From positions 8,447 to 72,446 of the forward strand of contig JAAFKJ010000047.1 in the NCBI GenBank assembly GCA_021399395.1: a stretch of DNA of 64,000 bases. The letters run 5' to 3'. The position numbers were made by a program, and so were the translations under genes. The notes under the pieces are model-generated. The model saw only the letters and a program-made list of their open reading frames with translations, made no database searches and was not told the origin of the DNA. Numbering within the stretch: position 1 is the first letter of the stretch; each line of letters opens with the position of its first letter. This document shows, in pieces, positions 20,519-30,459 of this stretch. The DNA comes from Candidatus Heimdallarchaeota archaeon. GTDB taxonomy: Archaea > Asgardarchaeota > Heimdallarchaeia > Heimdallarchaeales > Heimdallarchaeaceae.

Positions 20519-20728
20519 TCATTCGTCTTCATAGATAATGTTGTTAAAGGCATTATCAACATTTGGAAAACGAAAGTCTGTTGATTGCTTTGAAGCATAA
20601 TGTTCTCTGTAAAAATCTCTTAATGCCAATCTTATTGCCTCTGATCTCGATGCATATCGCCCTTGAAGAACCATTTCATCTAAAATTTCTACAAATTGAC
20701 TAGGAAGTCTTATTGAAATCAAGTTCAT
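20519..20728 (-). CDS. Ribbon-helix-helix (CopG/NikR-type) regulator
   Basis: ISIRLP...LDEMV..GRYASRSEAIRLALRD. Confidence 0.85.
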   Translation of the reverse strand: MNLISIRLPSQFVEILDEMVLQGRYASRSEAIRLALRDFYREHYASKQSTDFRFPNVDNAFNNIIYEDE

Positions 20729-20934
20729 TTTTTAACCCCAAACAAGTATTGTATTATTCTAGTAATAGTGCTTAACCCATTTATAGATTTGTAACACTTT
20801 TTGTTCAAGAATACCCAATACTTTGATTCCAATCTCACAAGTTTTTAAGGTTTACCTCACCGACAATAAAACCCTAACTTGATAAGAGGAAAACTTAGAG
20901 AAATAGTAAAAAACTTGATTTTCTGAAAAAGGAA

Positions 20935-21519
20935 TTAGATTGAAACCAACTTCTTGCACTTTTCACATTCCAAAATCGTACTGTCAGGTAAAGGATCCTT
21001 TGTCTTCTTTAGAACATTACCGCAATAGCAAACGTATCCTTGCAATCGAGCAGGATTTCCATACACCAATTCATGGTGTTGAACATCTTTTGAGACCAAA
21101 CTTCCTGCACCAATCATTGCATACTCTCCAATTGTAATTCCACAAACAATTGTTGCGTTTGCTCCTATTGAAACGCCCTTCATAACTTGTGTTTTTACCA
21201 ACTCCCAATCAGGATTTGCTGCTCTTGGTAGAAAATCATTTGTAAAACATACATGTGGTCCAACAAAAACATCATCGCCTATTGTTACACCATGATACAC
21301 AGACACAAAATTTTGTATCTTAACATTGTTACCTATGGGAACTTTAGTATCAACAAAGACAGATTTTCCAAATATGCAGTTTTTACCTATTCTTGCTCCT
21401 TTTCTTATCTGAACCAGATGCCATATCTTAGAACCTTCACCAATAAATACGTCGTCTTCAATAAAAGCAGAAGGATGAACATAGTAGTCTTTATCCGCAT
21501 TCATAATTCTATAATTCAT
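20935..21519 (-). CDS. Hexapeptide-repeat sugar N-acetyltransferase (WbpD/WlbB-like) with C-terminal zinc ribbon
   Basis: IG.GSKIWH, IGNNVKIQNFVSVY.GV, FTND..PR, GNPAR..GYVC.CG. Confidence 0.85.
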   Translation of the reverse strand: MNYRIMNADKDYYVHPSAFIEDDVFIGEGSKIWHLVQIRKGARIGKNCIFGKSVFVDTKVPIGNNVKIQNFVSVYHGVTIGDDVFVGPHVCFTNDFLPRAANPDWELVKTQVMKGVSIGANATIVCGITIGEYAMIGAGSLVSKDVQHHELVYGNPARLQGYVCYCGNVLKKTKDPLPDSTILECEKCKKLVSI

Positions 21520-21555
21520 TTAAAATAATAAAAAAGTTTACTACAGATGGTAGTT

Positions 21556-22323
21556 TTACAATTGCGAACAGCTTTTACAGTTATTGTCTTGTTCAATTTG
21601 AAATGTTTCATACGAATTATATTGTAAATCTACATACATAATCTTGTTTACCAGTAGTTTTTGATTATCTCTAAATACAAGGTATTTGATAGCTTCATTT
21701 GCTTCAATTATTCCAAAAAAACCAGCAATAGTACCAATAACACCATCTTCACTTGTTGTAGGATATGAACCAGGGGTCGGTATTTCTTTAAACATACATC
21801 TATAGCAAGCTGTTTTGCCAGGAATCACGGTCATCATCTGACCCTCAAATTGATAAACACCACCAATAACAAAAGGAATCCCAAGTTTACAGCACATATC
21901 GTTTACGAGGAATTTAGTTTCGAAGTTATCACTGGCTTCAACAACAAAGTCATAACCCGCTAATAATTCTTCAATATTTGAAGAATTCAGAGTTACAGAA
22001 TGTTCTACAATCTTTACATCAGGATTAAGTTTAGTAATCTTCTCAAAAGCTGACAAAGTTTTAGCTTTACCTTTATCTTCTTCATAATGTAAAATTTGCC
22101 TGTTCAAATTGGATAATTCTATCTGATCTTGGTCAACAAGTCCAAGAGAACCTACACCAGCTGTAGCCAAATAATAAACAATACTTGAACCCAGACCCCC
22201 TAAACCAATAACGCACACTTTACTTGATTTTAGTTTTTCTTGTCCCTGTATTCCGAAATTCGATATTATTATTTGACGATTATACTTCTCAAGTTCTCTC
22301 TCATCTAACATTTTACCTATCAA
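21556..22323 (-). CDS. ThiF/MoeB/UbaA-family E1-like adenylyltransferase
   Basis: Y.RQI, GLGGLGS, D..ELSNLNRQ, CYRC and C-terminal CxxC. Confidence 0.9.
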   Translation of the reverse strand: MIGKMLDERELEKYNRQIIISNFGIQGQEKLKSSKVCVIGLGGLGSSIVYYLATAGVGSLGLVDQDQIELSNLNRQILHYEEDKGKAKTLSAFEKITKLNPDVKIVEHSVTLNSSNIEELLAGYDFVVEASDNFETKFLVNDMCCKLGIPFVIGGVYQFEGQMMTVIPGKTACYRCMFKEIPTPGSYPTTSEDGVIGTIAGFFGIIEANEAIKYLVFRDNQKLLVNKIMYVDLQYNSYETFQIEQDNNCKSCSQL

Positions 22324-22449
22324 AATACAGTTAAAAATGAAAGTAAAATAATCTTTCTAATAGTAAATCATAAAATGTATAAGATGCCAAAATATTTAAA
22401 ATCGTTTCATCTCATTGGCACAACGACTAGAAACACCGAGGTTTCAACA

Positions 22450-24543
22450 ATGAAAAAGATAAGAAGTACAATTGTTACTTTGGCTGTGCTATTTACAATA
22501 TCCATGTTATTTTCAGTAATGTATGGAATAGTACAAGCTAACCAATCAGCAGATTTACCTATAATCCAACCAGAAAGAATAAACACATCAATTCCTTCAA
22601 CAGAAGAATTGTCCCTAACAGATGATATTGTGTTCGAATATAACTATGGAATAAATGTCACTGCTATAGCTAATAGATCTATAGAAATTCAAACATTCGG
22701 TGTATTATCACTGGTTGACTCAATAAAACTTGAAATTGTTGGAAATGTGAATTTAACATATTTCAATTATACTTTACCAAATATTCACACTAGTAATATT
22801 ACATTTGCAAGTTTCCGTGTTTCAAATGATTCTTATGAGGCAGTAGGCAACTCATCAGCTATGCGTTCTTACACTTATCAGAAGAAGATAAATTATACAA
22901 CCTTTATAATACCTTTACATGTCAATAGAACAAGTTTTGGGCAAGGTCAAGTAATTTACATCAGTACTTATCTAGAATTTTCTTCCCCCTATTTGTTTTG
23001 GTTAGAAGGAGGAGAGCAAGTAATTCATTATGAAGAGTTAATTTATCCTTTAATCAATAACATCCCAATAGTAAATGGTTCAACGTGGGTACAGAAACAG
23101 GGTGGTGATGTTTTCTTATTGGATAGACTTACCCCAACTAATGGTACTAATGGAATTTTCAATTCAGTTGATACAAATCAAGGAGTAATAAAATGGACAA
23201 ATATTACAAGACAGCCATTTAATTACTCACAATCATACGATGAAGACATATACATGCATGTCTATCTAACAGCAGTTTCAGTAGGTGGAGAAGTAGAAAA
23301 TCCAGCTAATACTATGCTGTTCAAATCTACAGAGATAAATCGTAGAATTGAAATAGATCCTTATGGATTAATTAAAATTACCGAGCAACAAACACTTCAC
23401 TACTTTGGACCTGAGAGACCAGAAGGTAATTTGTATGAACTTAAATTATGGGCATTGAACTCTTTTCCAGTTATCTTACCAATAAATGCTACAGTTCTTG
23501 AGCTCTATGATGAAATAGGTGGATTGAATCAGCAATACCAAATAAGTGACGACCTATTTTTTGAGCCAGGAGCATATAATCAACGTCCTAGTGTATTTCT
23601 TGGTCATGATGCATTAGTCATTTTTCCACGAGCACCTTTATTCAATGGAGATGAATTTACTTTTACAATGATTTACACAGTACCTATGGAAGTATATATT
23701 GAGAAAGAACAAGGAAGCATCAATTATAGGATGAAATTTGAGCCTTGTTCAATTATTAATTGGACAGTAGAACAACTGAATGTGGATTTAGTTCTTCCCA
23801 AAGGAGCTGTATATCATACAATTAGATACAATAATCCTGATCCTTACCAAGATATGATACTCAACTATAATAAAAAATTCGATTTTGTTTCTCTAGGATT
23901 CAGGAGAATTCTCAGTTTCTCATTTACTACTTTCACAGGGAATGATAATGCTCCACTAGTGGTTGAATTTAGTTATTCAAGGTTAAATGTTCTCATCACT
24001 TACTTCTTCCAAGTACTTACAGTTGGTATCGTATTTGCTATATATCTTGGAATTAGATGGTCAACAAAGAAAACTAAAGATCTAGTGGTGAGTGAATCTG
24101 AGAAAGAATTTATTCCAATCGAAGAAATTGAGGAATTTGTTAAACAGTACGAAGAAGTTCTATCTATAAAAGAAAGGCTCAGAGAAACTAGAAGTAAAGT
24201 CGCAGCAAAGAAAATGAAAGCTAAAGAAGGAAAAGACGTGATTGCTAAATTAGAGACACGTATGAGATCTGAAGAAATCAATCTCAAACAAACTAAGGAA
24301 ACTCTAGTTAAACATGGTGGAAGATATAAGCAATCCGTTCAAAAAATTGAAATTGCTGAAAGAAAACTCTATGAAGAAAGAAGAAATCTACGTGTTCTTC
24401 AACAAGAATATAGAGTAAAGAAGACTATTATGACTAGAGAGTCTTACGTAAAGATGTTCCAAGACAGACAGCAAACCATTGAAAAACTCAGAAATGACAT
24501 CGATGGTGAGTTACTATACCTTAGAATGTTATTGGAACCTTAA
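22450..24543 (+). CDS. Ribophorin I (OST1/RPN1)-like oligosaccharyltransferase accessory subunit
   Basis: Signal peptide from ATG 22450 (GAGGT SD); RRIEIDPYG.I.ITE, DEIGGL, PRAPLFNG..F.F...Y..P and V.LVLPKGA motifs; one TM; coiled-coil C-terminus; many NxS/T sequons. Confidence 0.75.
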   Translation: MKKIRSTIVTLAVLFTISMLFSVMYGIVQANQSADLPIIQPERINTSIPSTEELSLTDDIVFEYNYGINVTAIANRSIEIQTFGVLSLVDSIKLEIVGNVNLTYFNYTLPNIHTSNITFASFRVSNDSYEAVGNSSAMRSYTYQKKINYTTFIIPLHVNRTSFGQGQVIYISTYLEFSSPYLFWLEGGEQVIHYEELIYPLINNIPIVNGSTWVQKQGGDVFLLDRLTPTNGTNGIFNSVDTNQGVIKWTNITRQPFNYSQSYDEDIYMHVYLTAVSVGGEVENPANTMLFKSTEINRRIEIDPYGLIKITEQQTLHYFGPERPEGNLYELKLWALNSFPVILPINATVLELYDEIGGLNQQYQISDDLFFEPGAYNQRPSVFLGHDALVIFPRAPLFNGDEFTFTMIYTVPMEVYIEKEQGSINYRMKFEPCSIINWTVEQLNVDLVLPKGAVYHTIRYNNPDPYQDMILNYNKKFDFVSLGFRRILSFSFTTFTGNDNAPLVVEFSYSRLNVLITYFFQVLTVGIVFAIYLGIRWSTKKTKDLVVSESEKEFIPIEEIEEFVKQYEEVLSIKERLRETRSKVAAKKMKAKEGKDVIAKLETRMRSEEINLKQTKETLVKHGGRYKQSVQKIEIAERKLYEERRNLRVLQQEYRVKKTIMTRESYVKMFQDRQQTIEKLRNDIDGELLYLRMLLEP

Positions 24544-24568
24544 TCCTTTTTTCCTTCTCCTTTTTTTA
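24544..24568 (+). terminator. Oligo-T archaeal terminator
   Basis: TCCTTTTTTCCTTCTCCTTTTTTT immediately after the ribophorin-like stop codon. Confidence 0.5.
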
Positions 24569-24639
24569 TCCAAAAGGCAATCTGAAAAAACTTATAAGAA
24601 CATGCAATATCTTTAATTTACAAACTCTTAGGGTTAACT

Positions 24640-25044
24640 ATGCATCTTGAAAGTATAACAGAAAGTGCCGAAACAATTGGTAAAGAAGTTCCCGGACTCT
24701 CTGACGTAGCAGAAGAACTTGCACAAGTCCTAAAGAAAGGAAGGCTTATGCTCAATAAGTTGTTTGATCTATGTAATCGAGTTGGATTAAATATAGATTT
24801 AAGTCCAGAGGAGCAAAATGAAATTTCTCTTAAGGTAGCCTTAGTTACGGATCCTGACCAAGTATTTCAATATGCAAGAGTAGTCCAACTGGTTTTTCAA
24901 CTGAATTATTTTTCTAAGTGTTATGAAAAAGCTCTTGGTTATGGTAAACTTCCAAATATCGTTAAGAAAGAGGCAGTTTCACTTCACAAAAAAATCGATG
25001 AGTTCAGAAGAATAATTGAAAAGGAATATGTTGCCAGCATCTAG
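24640..25044 (+). CDS. Hypothetical alpha-helical protein
   Basis: 134-aa ORF co-oriented with deoC-mutS-mutL; no motif recognised. Confidence 0.7.
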   Translation: MHLESITESAETIGKEVPGLSDVAEELAQVLKKGRLMLNKLFDLCNRVGLNIDLSPEEQNEISLKVALVTDPDQVFQYARVVQLVFQLNYFSKCYEKALGYGKLPNIVKKEAVSLHKKIDEFRRIIEKEYVASI

Positions 25045-25052
25045 GCTGAATA

Positions 25053-25922
25053 TTGATTTTACCAAACTTTCGCAATGTTTTTTTATTCAAATTACAAACT
25101 AATATTGTGTATTCCCTAAGAATTTCTCCTGAAAAACTTGCGAAAATGATTGATCACACAAATCTTAAACCATTTTCTTCTAAGAAAGAAATCAATAAAT
25201 TATGTGTAGAAGCACTTGAATTCAATTTTGCAGTTGTGTGTGTTAATTCAAACCACGTTTCATTTTGTAAAGAAATTCTAAAGAAATCTGAGGTTGGTGT
25301 AGCATCTGTTGTAGGATTTCCTTTAGGAGCATGTACTACTAAGACAAAAGAATTTGAAACAGCTGAAGCTGTAAAGAATGGTGCTAACGAAATTGACATG
25401 GTCATGGATGTCGGTAGTTTTAGAGAAGGAAATTATTTTGCCGTAGGAAATGATATTGCTAAAGTTGTACAAGCAGCTGACGGTGTTTGTGTTAAAGTCA
25501 TCCTTGAAACAGGTTTCTTAACAGACGATCAAATCGTTAAAGCATGTGAAATTTCTAAGAATTCTGGGGCTCATTTTGTCAAGACTTCAACAGGTTTCGG
25601 ACCAATGGGAGCTTTTTATGATCACATTGTTCTTATGCGTCATACTGAAGGTAAAGATTTAGGCGTAAAAGCTTCTGGAGGAATTCGGGATGCTAGAACT
25701 TCTGTTAGACTAGTTAATGCTGGTGCAGACAGATTGGGGGTTAGTGCCGGAGTAACTATTGTTAAACAATTAGCTCAAATAGTAGAAGAAGGTGGATGGT
25801 TTCTAACAAGTGAAGACAAACCTGAGAGTTTATACTCATGGGGAGCTGCTGACTCTAAGAAACAGCCTAAAGATGTGTACGATTTTTATATGCAAAAGAG
25901 GAAAGAGTTTAAGAGAAGTTAG
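25053..25922 (+). CDS. deoC: Deoxyribose-phosphate aldolase (start uncertain)
   Basis: IDHTNLKP, VVGFPLG, EIDMV, VKVILET, FVKTSTGF, VKASGGIR. Confidence 0.95.
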   Translation: MILPNFRNVFLFKLQTNIVYSLRISPEKLAKMIDHTNLKPFSSKKEINKLCVEALEFNFAVVCVNSNHVSFCKEILKKSEVGVASVVGFPLGACTTKTKEFETAEAVKNGANEIDMVMDVGSFREGNYFAVGNDIAKVVQAADGVCVKVILETGFLTDDQIVKACEISKNSGAHFVKTSTGFGPMGAFYDHIVLMRHTEGKDLGVKASGGIRDARTSVRLVNAGADRLGVSAGVTIVKQLAQIVEEGGWFLTSEDKPESLYSWGAADSKKQPKDVYDFYMQKRKEFKRS

Positions 25923-25939
25923 CTAAGAGAGTAGAGATA

Positions 25940-28582
25940 ATGAAGCAGTTTGATGATCGAAAGCTAAAGCCAACGTTAACTCCTATGATGCAACAGTGGC
26001 AGGATATTAAAATACAACATTCAGATTACATAATATTCTTCCGAGCAGGAGATTTCTATGAAACCTTTAATGAAGATGCAAAGATTGCTTCAGATGTTTT
26101 GAATATCACTCTTACAGCAAGAACAATCGGAGAAAGAAAGTTTCCATTAGCTGGTGTTCCGTTTCATGCTGTAGACGCATATATTGCTAAAATGGTTGAA
26201 AACGGTTACAAAGTGGCTATAGTTGAGCAGCTTGAAGACGCTAAAGCTACTAAGAAGATTGTTAAACGTGGAGTTGTACAATTAATAACAAGAGGTACAA
26301 TAACGATCCCAGAATCTCTAAGCAAGGGACATAATAATTATCTTGTTGCTATCAATAAAGTAGGCGATATCTATGGTTTAGCTGCTCTCGATTTATCCAC
26401 TGGTGAGTTTTTGGTTTCGGATTTCGAAGGAGATAAAGCTCTAGATCTTCTAAATGTTGAACTAACTAGATTAAATCCCTCTGAGATAATAATGGAGGAG
26501 CAATTAAACAAAGAACTAAAAGAATTTGGAGAACAAAGCAAAACTACTAAAACCTACAGAGAGTTTTACTATTTTGATATCGATCAAGGGTCAAGGGATC
26601 TTTGTACCCTCTTTGAAGTTCTTAGCTTAGATGGATTTGGAGTCAATGAAACATATCCCTCAATAGGAGCTGCAGGTGCAATTATTAGGTATATCAAAGA
26701 AACCCAAATGAGGGAAAACTTTCCTAATATAACAAAAATCAGTCAAATTATTAGTCAGGATTACATGCTTTTAGATTCAAGTACTATTCGAAATCTAGAA
26801 CTTATCGAAAACTTACAAGCTAGAACAGAGTACGGAACTTTGAGACAGGTTCTGGATAATACAAAAACATCTCCTGGATCTCGACTTCTAACTTCATTTA
26901 TCTTGAGACCTAGTTTGAACGAAACAATCATTCAAGGAAGATTAGATGCGACTGAAGAATTAGTAAGTGACAGTGTTTCAAGAGAAGAATTTCGAAGTAT
27001 TCTGAACAAAATGAGTGACATTGAAAGAATTACAGGAAGGATATGTCTTGGAAGGAGTAAACCAAGAGATTTGGTTGCATTAAAAAACTCACTCGAACTA
27101 ATTCCAGAAATCCTTACAATTCTTTCAAAATTCAAATCATCACTTCTTACTGATATACACAAGAACTTAGATCCCTTGAAGGAGGTAGTAGAGATTATAA
27201 CAAAGGGCATAGAAGATGAAGTTCCAGTAAATATCAAAGATGGAGATGTCATTCGAGACGGTTACAACGAAGATTTAGATGAATTAAGAAAAATCCAAAG
27301 AGGAGGCAAATCTTTTCTAACATCTTTAGAAGCAAGAGAGAGAGTTAATACAGGCATTAAGAATCTTAAAGTTCGCTTTAACAAGGTTTTTGGTTACTAT
27401 ATTGAAGTCCCAAGAGCTTCATCAGACAAAGTTCCAATACAATATGAAAGAAAGCAGACATTAGTCAATGCTGAACGATTTATCACTCCTGAATTGAAAG
27501 AATATGAGGAGAAAATTCTCAATGCCGAGGAAAGAATCTTAGTCTTAGAAGAAGAATTATTTTATAATCTATTAATGCAAATAGCTGAATATGCAACGAC
27601 AATTCAACAAGATGCATATCTCACTGCGCTCCTAGACGTTATTGCCACATTTGCTCAAAATGCCGTATATTATAATTATACAAAGCCCGAGATAACAAAT
27701 GATGACATAATTGAGATAAGAGAGGGGAGGCACCCTGTTGTTGAAAGATTATTACCTCAGTCAACTTTTATCTCCAATAATACTACAATCAAGAAGAATG
27801 AAAATAGGATATTGATAATAACGGGGCCAAATATGGGCGGAAAATCGACACTTCTCCGACAAGTTGCACTTATTACGTTAATGACACAAATAGGTAGTTT
27901 TATACCAGCTGATTCTGCAACAATTGGGTTAGTTGACCGGATTTTTACTCGTATTGGAGCTCATGATGTGTTAGTTGAACGTAGATCAACTTTCATGGTT
28001 GAGATGTATGAATGTGCTAACATCCTCAATAATGCAACTGAAAGAAGCTTAGTTATTTTGGATGAAGTTGGTAGAGGAACATCAACTTATGATGGAGTTT
28101 CAATTGCATGGTCAATTACAGAGTATTTGCATGATAAAATTGGTAAAATAGGTCCTAGAACTCTATTTGCTACCCATTACCATGAATTAATAGAATTGGA
28201 AACTAAACTACCAAGAGTGAAAAATTATCACGCCTCTATCAAAAATGTAAATGGGGATATTCACTTCTTGTACAAACTTCAAGAAGGAGGGATCAGTGAA
28301 AGTTTCGGTATTCATGTTGCATCTTTAGCAGGATTACCAAAGGATGTAATTGATAATGCAAATAGCTTGCTTTCGCAATTCCATAAAAGTGGGGAAGAAA
28401 AAGACAAAGCAATTATTCCTGCAAAAACAGATGAAGAAACCCTTTCTAGAAAATTGGACAGATTTGAAGAGCTAATTAAAGAAATTTCAAAACTAGATTT
28501 AGATGAAATAAAACCGATTGATTCTCTTAACAAGCTAGATGATCTTAAAGAAAGAAGTAAAAAGATTCTAAAGGACAAATAA
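25940..28582 (+). CDS. mutS: DNA mismatch repair protein MutS (MutS1)
   Basis: TPMMQQW, GDFYETF, GPNMGGKST, STFMVEM, DEVGRGTS, FATHYHEL. Confidence 0.97.
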   Translation: MKQFDDRKLKPTLTPMMQQWQDIKIQHSDYIIFFRAGDFYETFNEDAKIASDVLNITLTARTIGERKFPLAGVPFHAVDAYIAKMVENGYKVAIVEQLEDAKATKKIVKRGVVQLITRGTITIPESLSKGHNNYLVAINKVGDIYGLAALDLSTGEFLVSDFEGDKALDLLNVELTRLNPSEIIMEEQLNKELKEFGEQSKTTKTYREFYYFDIDQGSRDLCTLFEVLSLDGFGVNETYPSIGAAGAIIRYIKETQMRENFPNITKISQIISQDYMLLDSSTIRNLELIENLQARTEYGTLRQVLDNTKTSPGSRLLTSFILRPSLNETIIQGRLDATEELVSDSVSREEFRSILNKMSDIERITGRICLGRSKPRDLVALKNSLELIPEILTILSKFKSSLLTDIHKNLDPLKEVVEIITKGIEDEVPVNIKDGDVIRDGYNEDLDELRKIQRGGKSFLTSLEARERVNTGIKNLKVRFNKVFGYYIEVPRASSDKVPIQYERKQTLVNAERFITPELKEYEEKILNAEERILVLEEELFYNLLMQIAEYATTIQQDAYLTALLDVIATFAQNAVYYNYTKPEITNDDIIEIREGRHPVVERLLPQSTFISNNTTIKKNENRILIITGPNMGGKSTLLRQVALITLMTQIGSFIPADSATIGLVDRIFTRIGAHDVLVERRSTFMVEMYECANILNNATERSLVILDEVGRGTSTYDGVSIAWSITEYLHDKIGKIGPRTLFATHYHELIELETKLPRVKNYHASIKNVNGDIHFLYKLQEGGISESFGIHVASLAGLPKDVIDNANSLLSQFHKSGEEKDKAIIPAKTDEETLSRKLDRFEELIKEISKLDLDEIKPIDSLNKLDDLKERSKKILKDK

Positions 28583-28641
28583 CAATAAAAACTAGGAATG
28601 TCTTCTAAGATTTAGCAAAAACAATAATTATCTGTGGTTCT

Positions 28642-30459
28642 ATGAAGCTGAAAATACTTGAACTCGATACTCTTACGATAAACAAAATTGCTGCAGGAGA
28701 AGTAATAGAAAGACCTGCTTCCGTAGTCAAAGAGCTAGTAGAAAATTCACTAGATGCTCAAAGTGACCAAATAACAATAAATATTCATGAGGGAGGTAAG
28801 AGTCTCATTGAAATTATTGATAATGGCATGGGAATGAACCCCGAAGATGCAATTTTATCCATTAAGCGTCATACAACAAGCAAAATAACAAATGCAGATG
28901 ATCTCTTCTCAATCTACAGTTTAGGATTTAGAGGAGAAGCTCTAGCAAGTATAGTTAGTGTTGCTCAAGTGGAAATATTCTCCAGAACCAAGGAAAATGA
29001 AATTGGTACTCATATCTCTGTTGAAGGAGGTAAACTAATCTTTAACAAGAACATATCAACACCCGTAGGAACACGAATAGTTGTGAAAAATCTTTTTTAC
29101 AATGTTCCTGTTAGAAGAAACTTCCTCAAAACAATTTCAACTGAAATCAACCATATAACTGAATTTGTTACCCGTTTAGCTCTTTCTCAGCCTGATGTTG
29201 CTTTTTCGTTAAAACATAATGGAAAAGATATACTGACAGCACCAAAAGGGGATTTGCTTGCACAAATTACAGCCATCTTCGGAGAACAAATAGCTAAAGG
29301 ATGTATTGCATTAGATAAAGATGAAGACAACTATAAGATTAAGGGATTCATTACCAAACCCGAATTTTCTAGGAAATCCAAAGATTATCTTTATACTTTT
29401 GTGAATATGAGATCTATTTCAAATAAAACAATTTCAGATGCCACATCACGTGGTTATGGTACTTCTATCCCACATGGCAGATTTCCCATTATTTTTCTCT
29501 ATCTTACTCTACCAGCTGAAGAAGTCGATGTGAATGTTCATCCCACCAAAAGAGAAGTAAGGTTTAGCAAAGAATCAAAAGTATACAGTTTGATTGAATC
29601 TGCGGTTAGACAAGCTTTAGAAAAAAGTGGATTGGAAATCTTCGAAAGAACATTAGAAACAAGATTCAAACCAACAACTCTAACAAATATTGGAAAACTG
29701 AAAACTAAATCAGATACAAGTAAAAGAACAACACCAACTTCAACTATTGCAAAGCAACCAAAGTTTCAGATCATAAAAAGTAAAGAACAAAGAATTGATT
29801 CCTTTCTCCCTTCATCTATGACTGGAGTTTCTGACTTGGATAAGACTGCACAGCAGAAGGTTGGTATCAAGGTTCTTGGAATCATCAAAGACACCTATAT
29901 TGTAGCAGAGACTGAAGCAGGGTTATTTCTAAGTGATCAACATGCGGCTCATGAAAAGGTGAATTATGAGAGATATATCAATCAGCTTAAGAATAAAAGA
30001 GTGAATGTTCAACAATTACTTGCACCAGTTAATATTGCTCTCAAACCTTCTGAATTTGCAAGCTTTGAAGAAATTCGTGAGAATATGGGATTATTTGGAT
30101 TTGAAATTGATGTCTTTGGCAAAAATGAAATTATTCTGCGCTCAATACCTTCAATTATGGGGGTTTCGATTGATTTCACAATCGCAAAGGATATCATCGA
30201 TATAATTAAAGAAAATGTATCTGAAATAAAGAACAATCTTCAAGTTGAAGATTTGAAATTCATCAAAGATCTTGTTTCTATTTTCGCATGTAGAAGATCG
30301 ATAAAAGCTGGTGATAAGATCGCAATAGAACAAGCAGAAACGTTACTGAAAAACCTTCTATCACTCAAAGAACCTTTCACTTGTCCTCATGGCAGACCCA
30401 CTATCATTATTCTTAATGAAGATTATATCGAAGAACTTTTCAAAAGAGATTATAGATGA
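28642..30459 (+). CDS. mutL: DNA mismatch repair protein MutL with endonuclease motif
   Basis: IAAGEVIERPASVVKELVENSLDA, GFRGEAL, DVNVHPTK, DQHAAHEK, ACR, CPHGRP. Confidence 0.97.
   Translation: MKLKILELDTLTINKIAAGEVIERPASVVKELVENSLDAQSDQITINIHEGGKSLIEIIDNGMGMNPEDAILSIKRHTTSKITNADDLFSIYSLGFRGEALASIVSVAQVEIFSRTKENEIGTHISVEGGKLIFNKNISTPVGTRIVVKNLFYNVPVRRNFLKTISTEINHITEFVTRLALSQPDVAFSLKHNGKDILTAPKGDLLAQITAIFGEQIAKGCIALDKDEDNYKIKGFITKPEFSRKSKDYLYTFVNMRSISNKTISDATSRGYGTSIPHGRFPIIFLYLTLPAEEVDVNVHPTKREVRFSKESKVYSLIESAVRQALEKSGLEIFERTLETRFKPTTLTNIGKLKTKSDTSKRTTPTSTIAKQPKFQIIKSKEQRIDSFLPSSMTGVSDLDKTAQQKVGIKVLGIIKDTYIVAETEAGLFLSDQHAAHEKVNYERYINQLKNKRVNVQQLLAPVNIALKPSEFASFEEIRENMGLFGFEIDVFGKNEIILRSIPSIMGVSIDFTIAKDIIDIIKENVSEIKNNLQVEDLKFIKDLVSIFACRRSIKAGDKIAIEQAETLLKNLLSLKEPFTCPHGRPTIIILNEDYIEELFKRDYR

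Noticed and set aside
12020-22323. Microcin-C-like cluster (ThiF enzyme, SAM transferase, MccE-like decarboxylase, acetyltransferase)
   Set aside because: The ThiF protein is MoeB-sized with no MccB peptide-binding domain, the acetyltransferase is hexapeptide rather than GNAT, and no precursor peptide or exporter was seen. The context is glycosylation.
25940-30459. mutS-mutL as a novelty
   Set aside because: Canonical MutS1/MutL pairs are already known in many mesophilic archaea.
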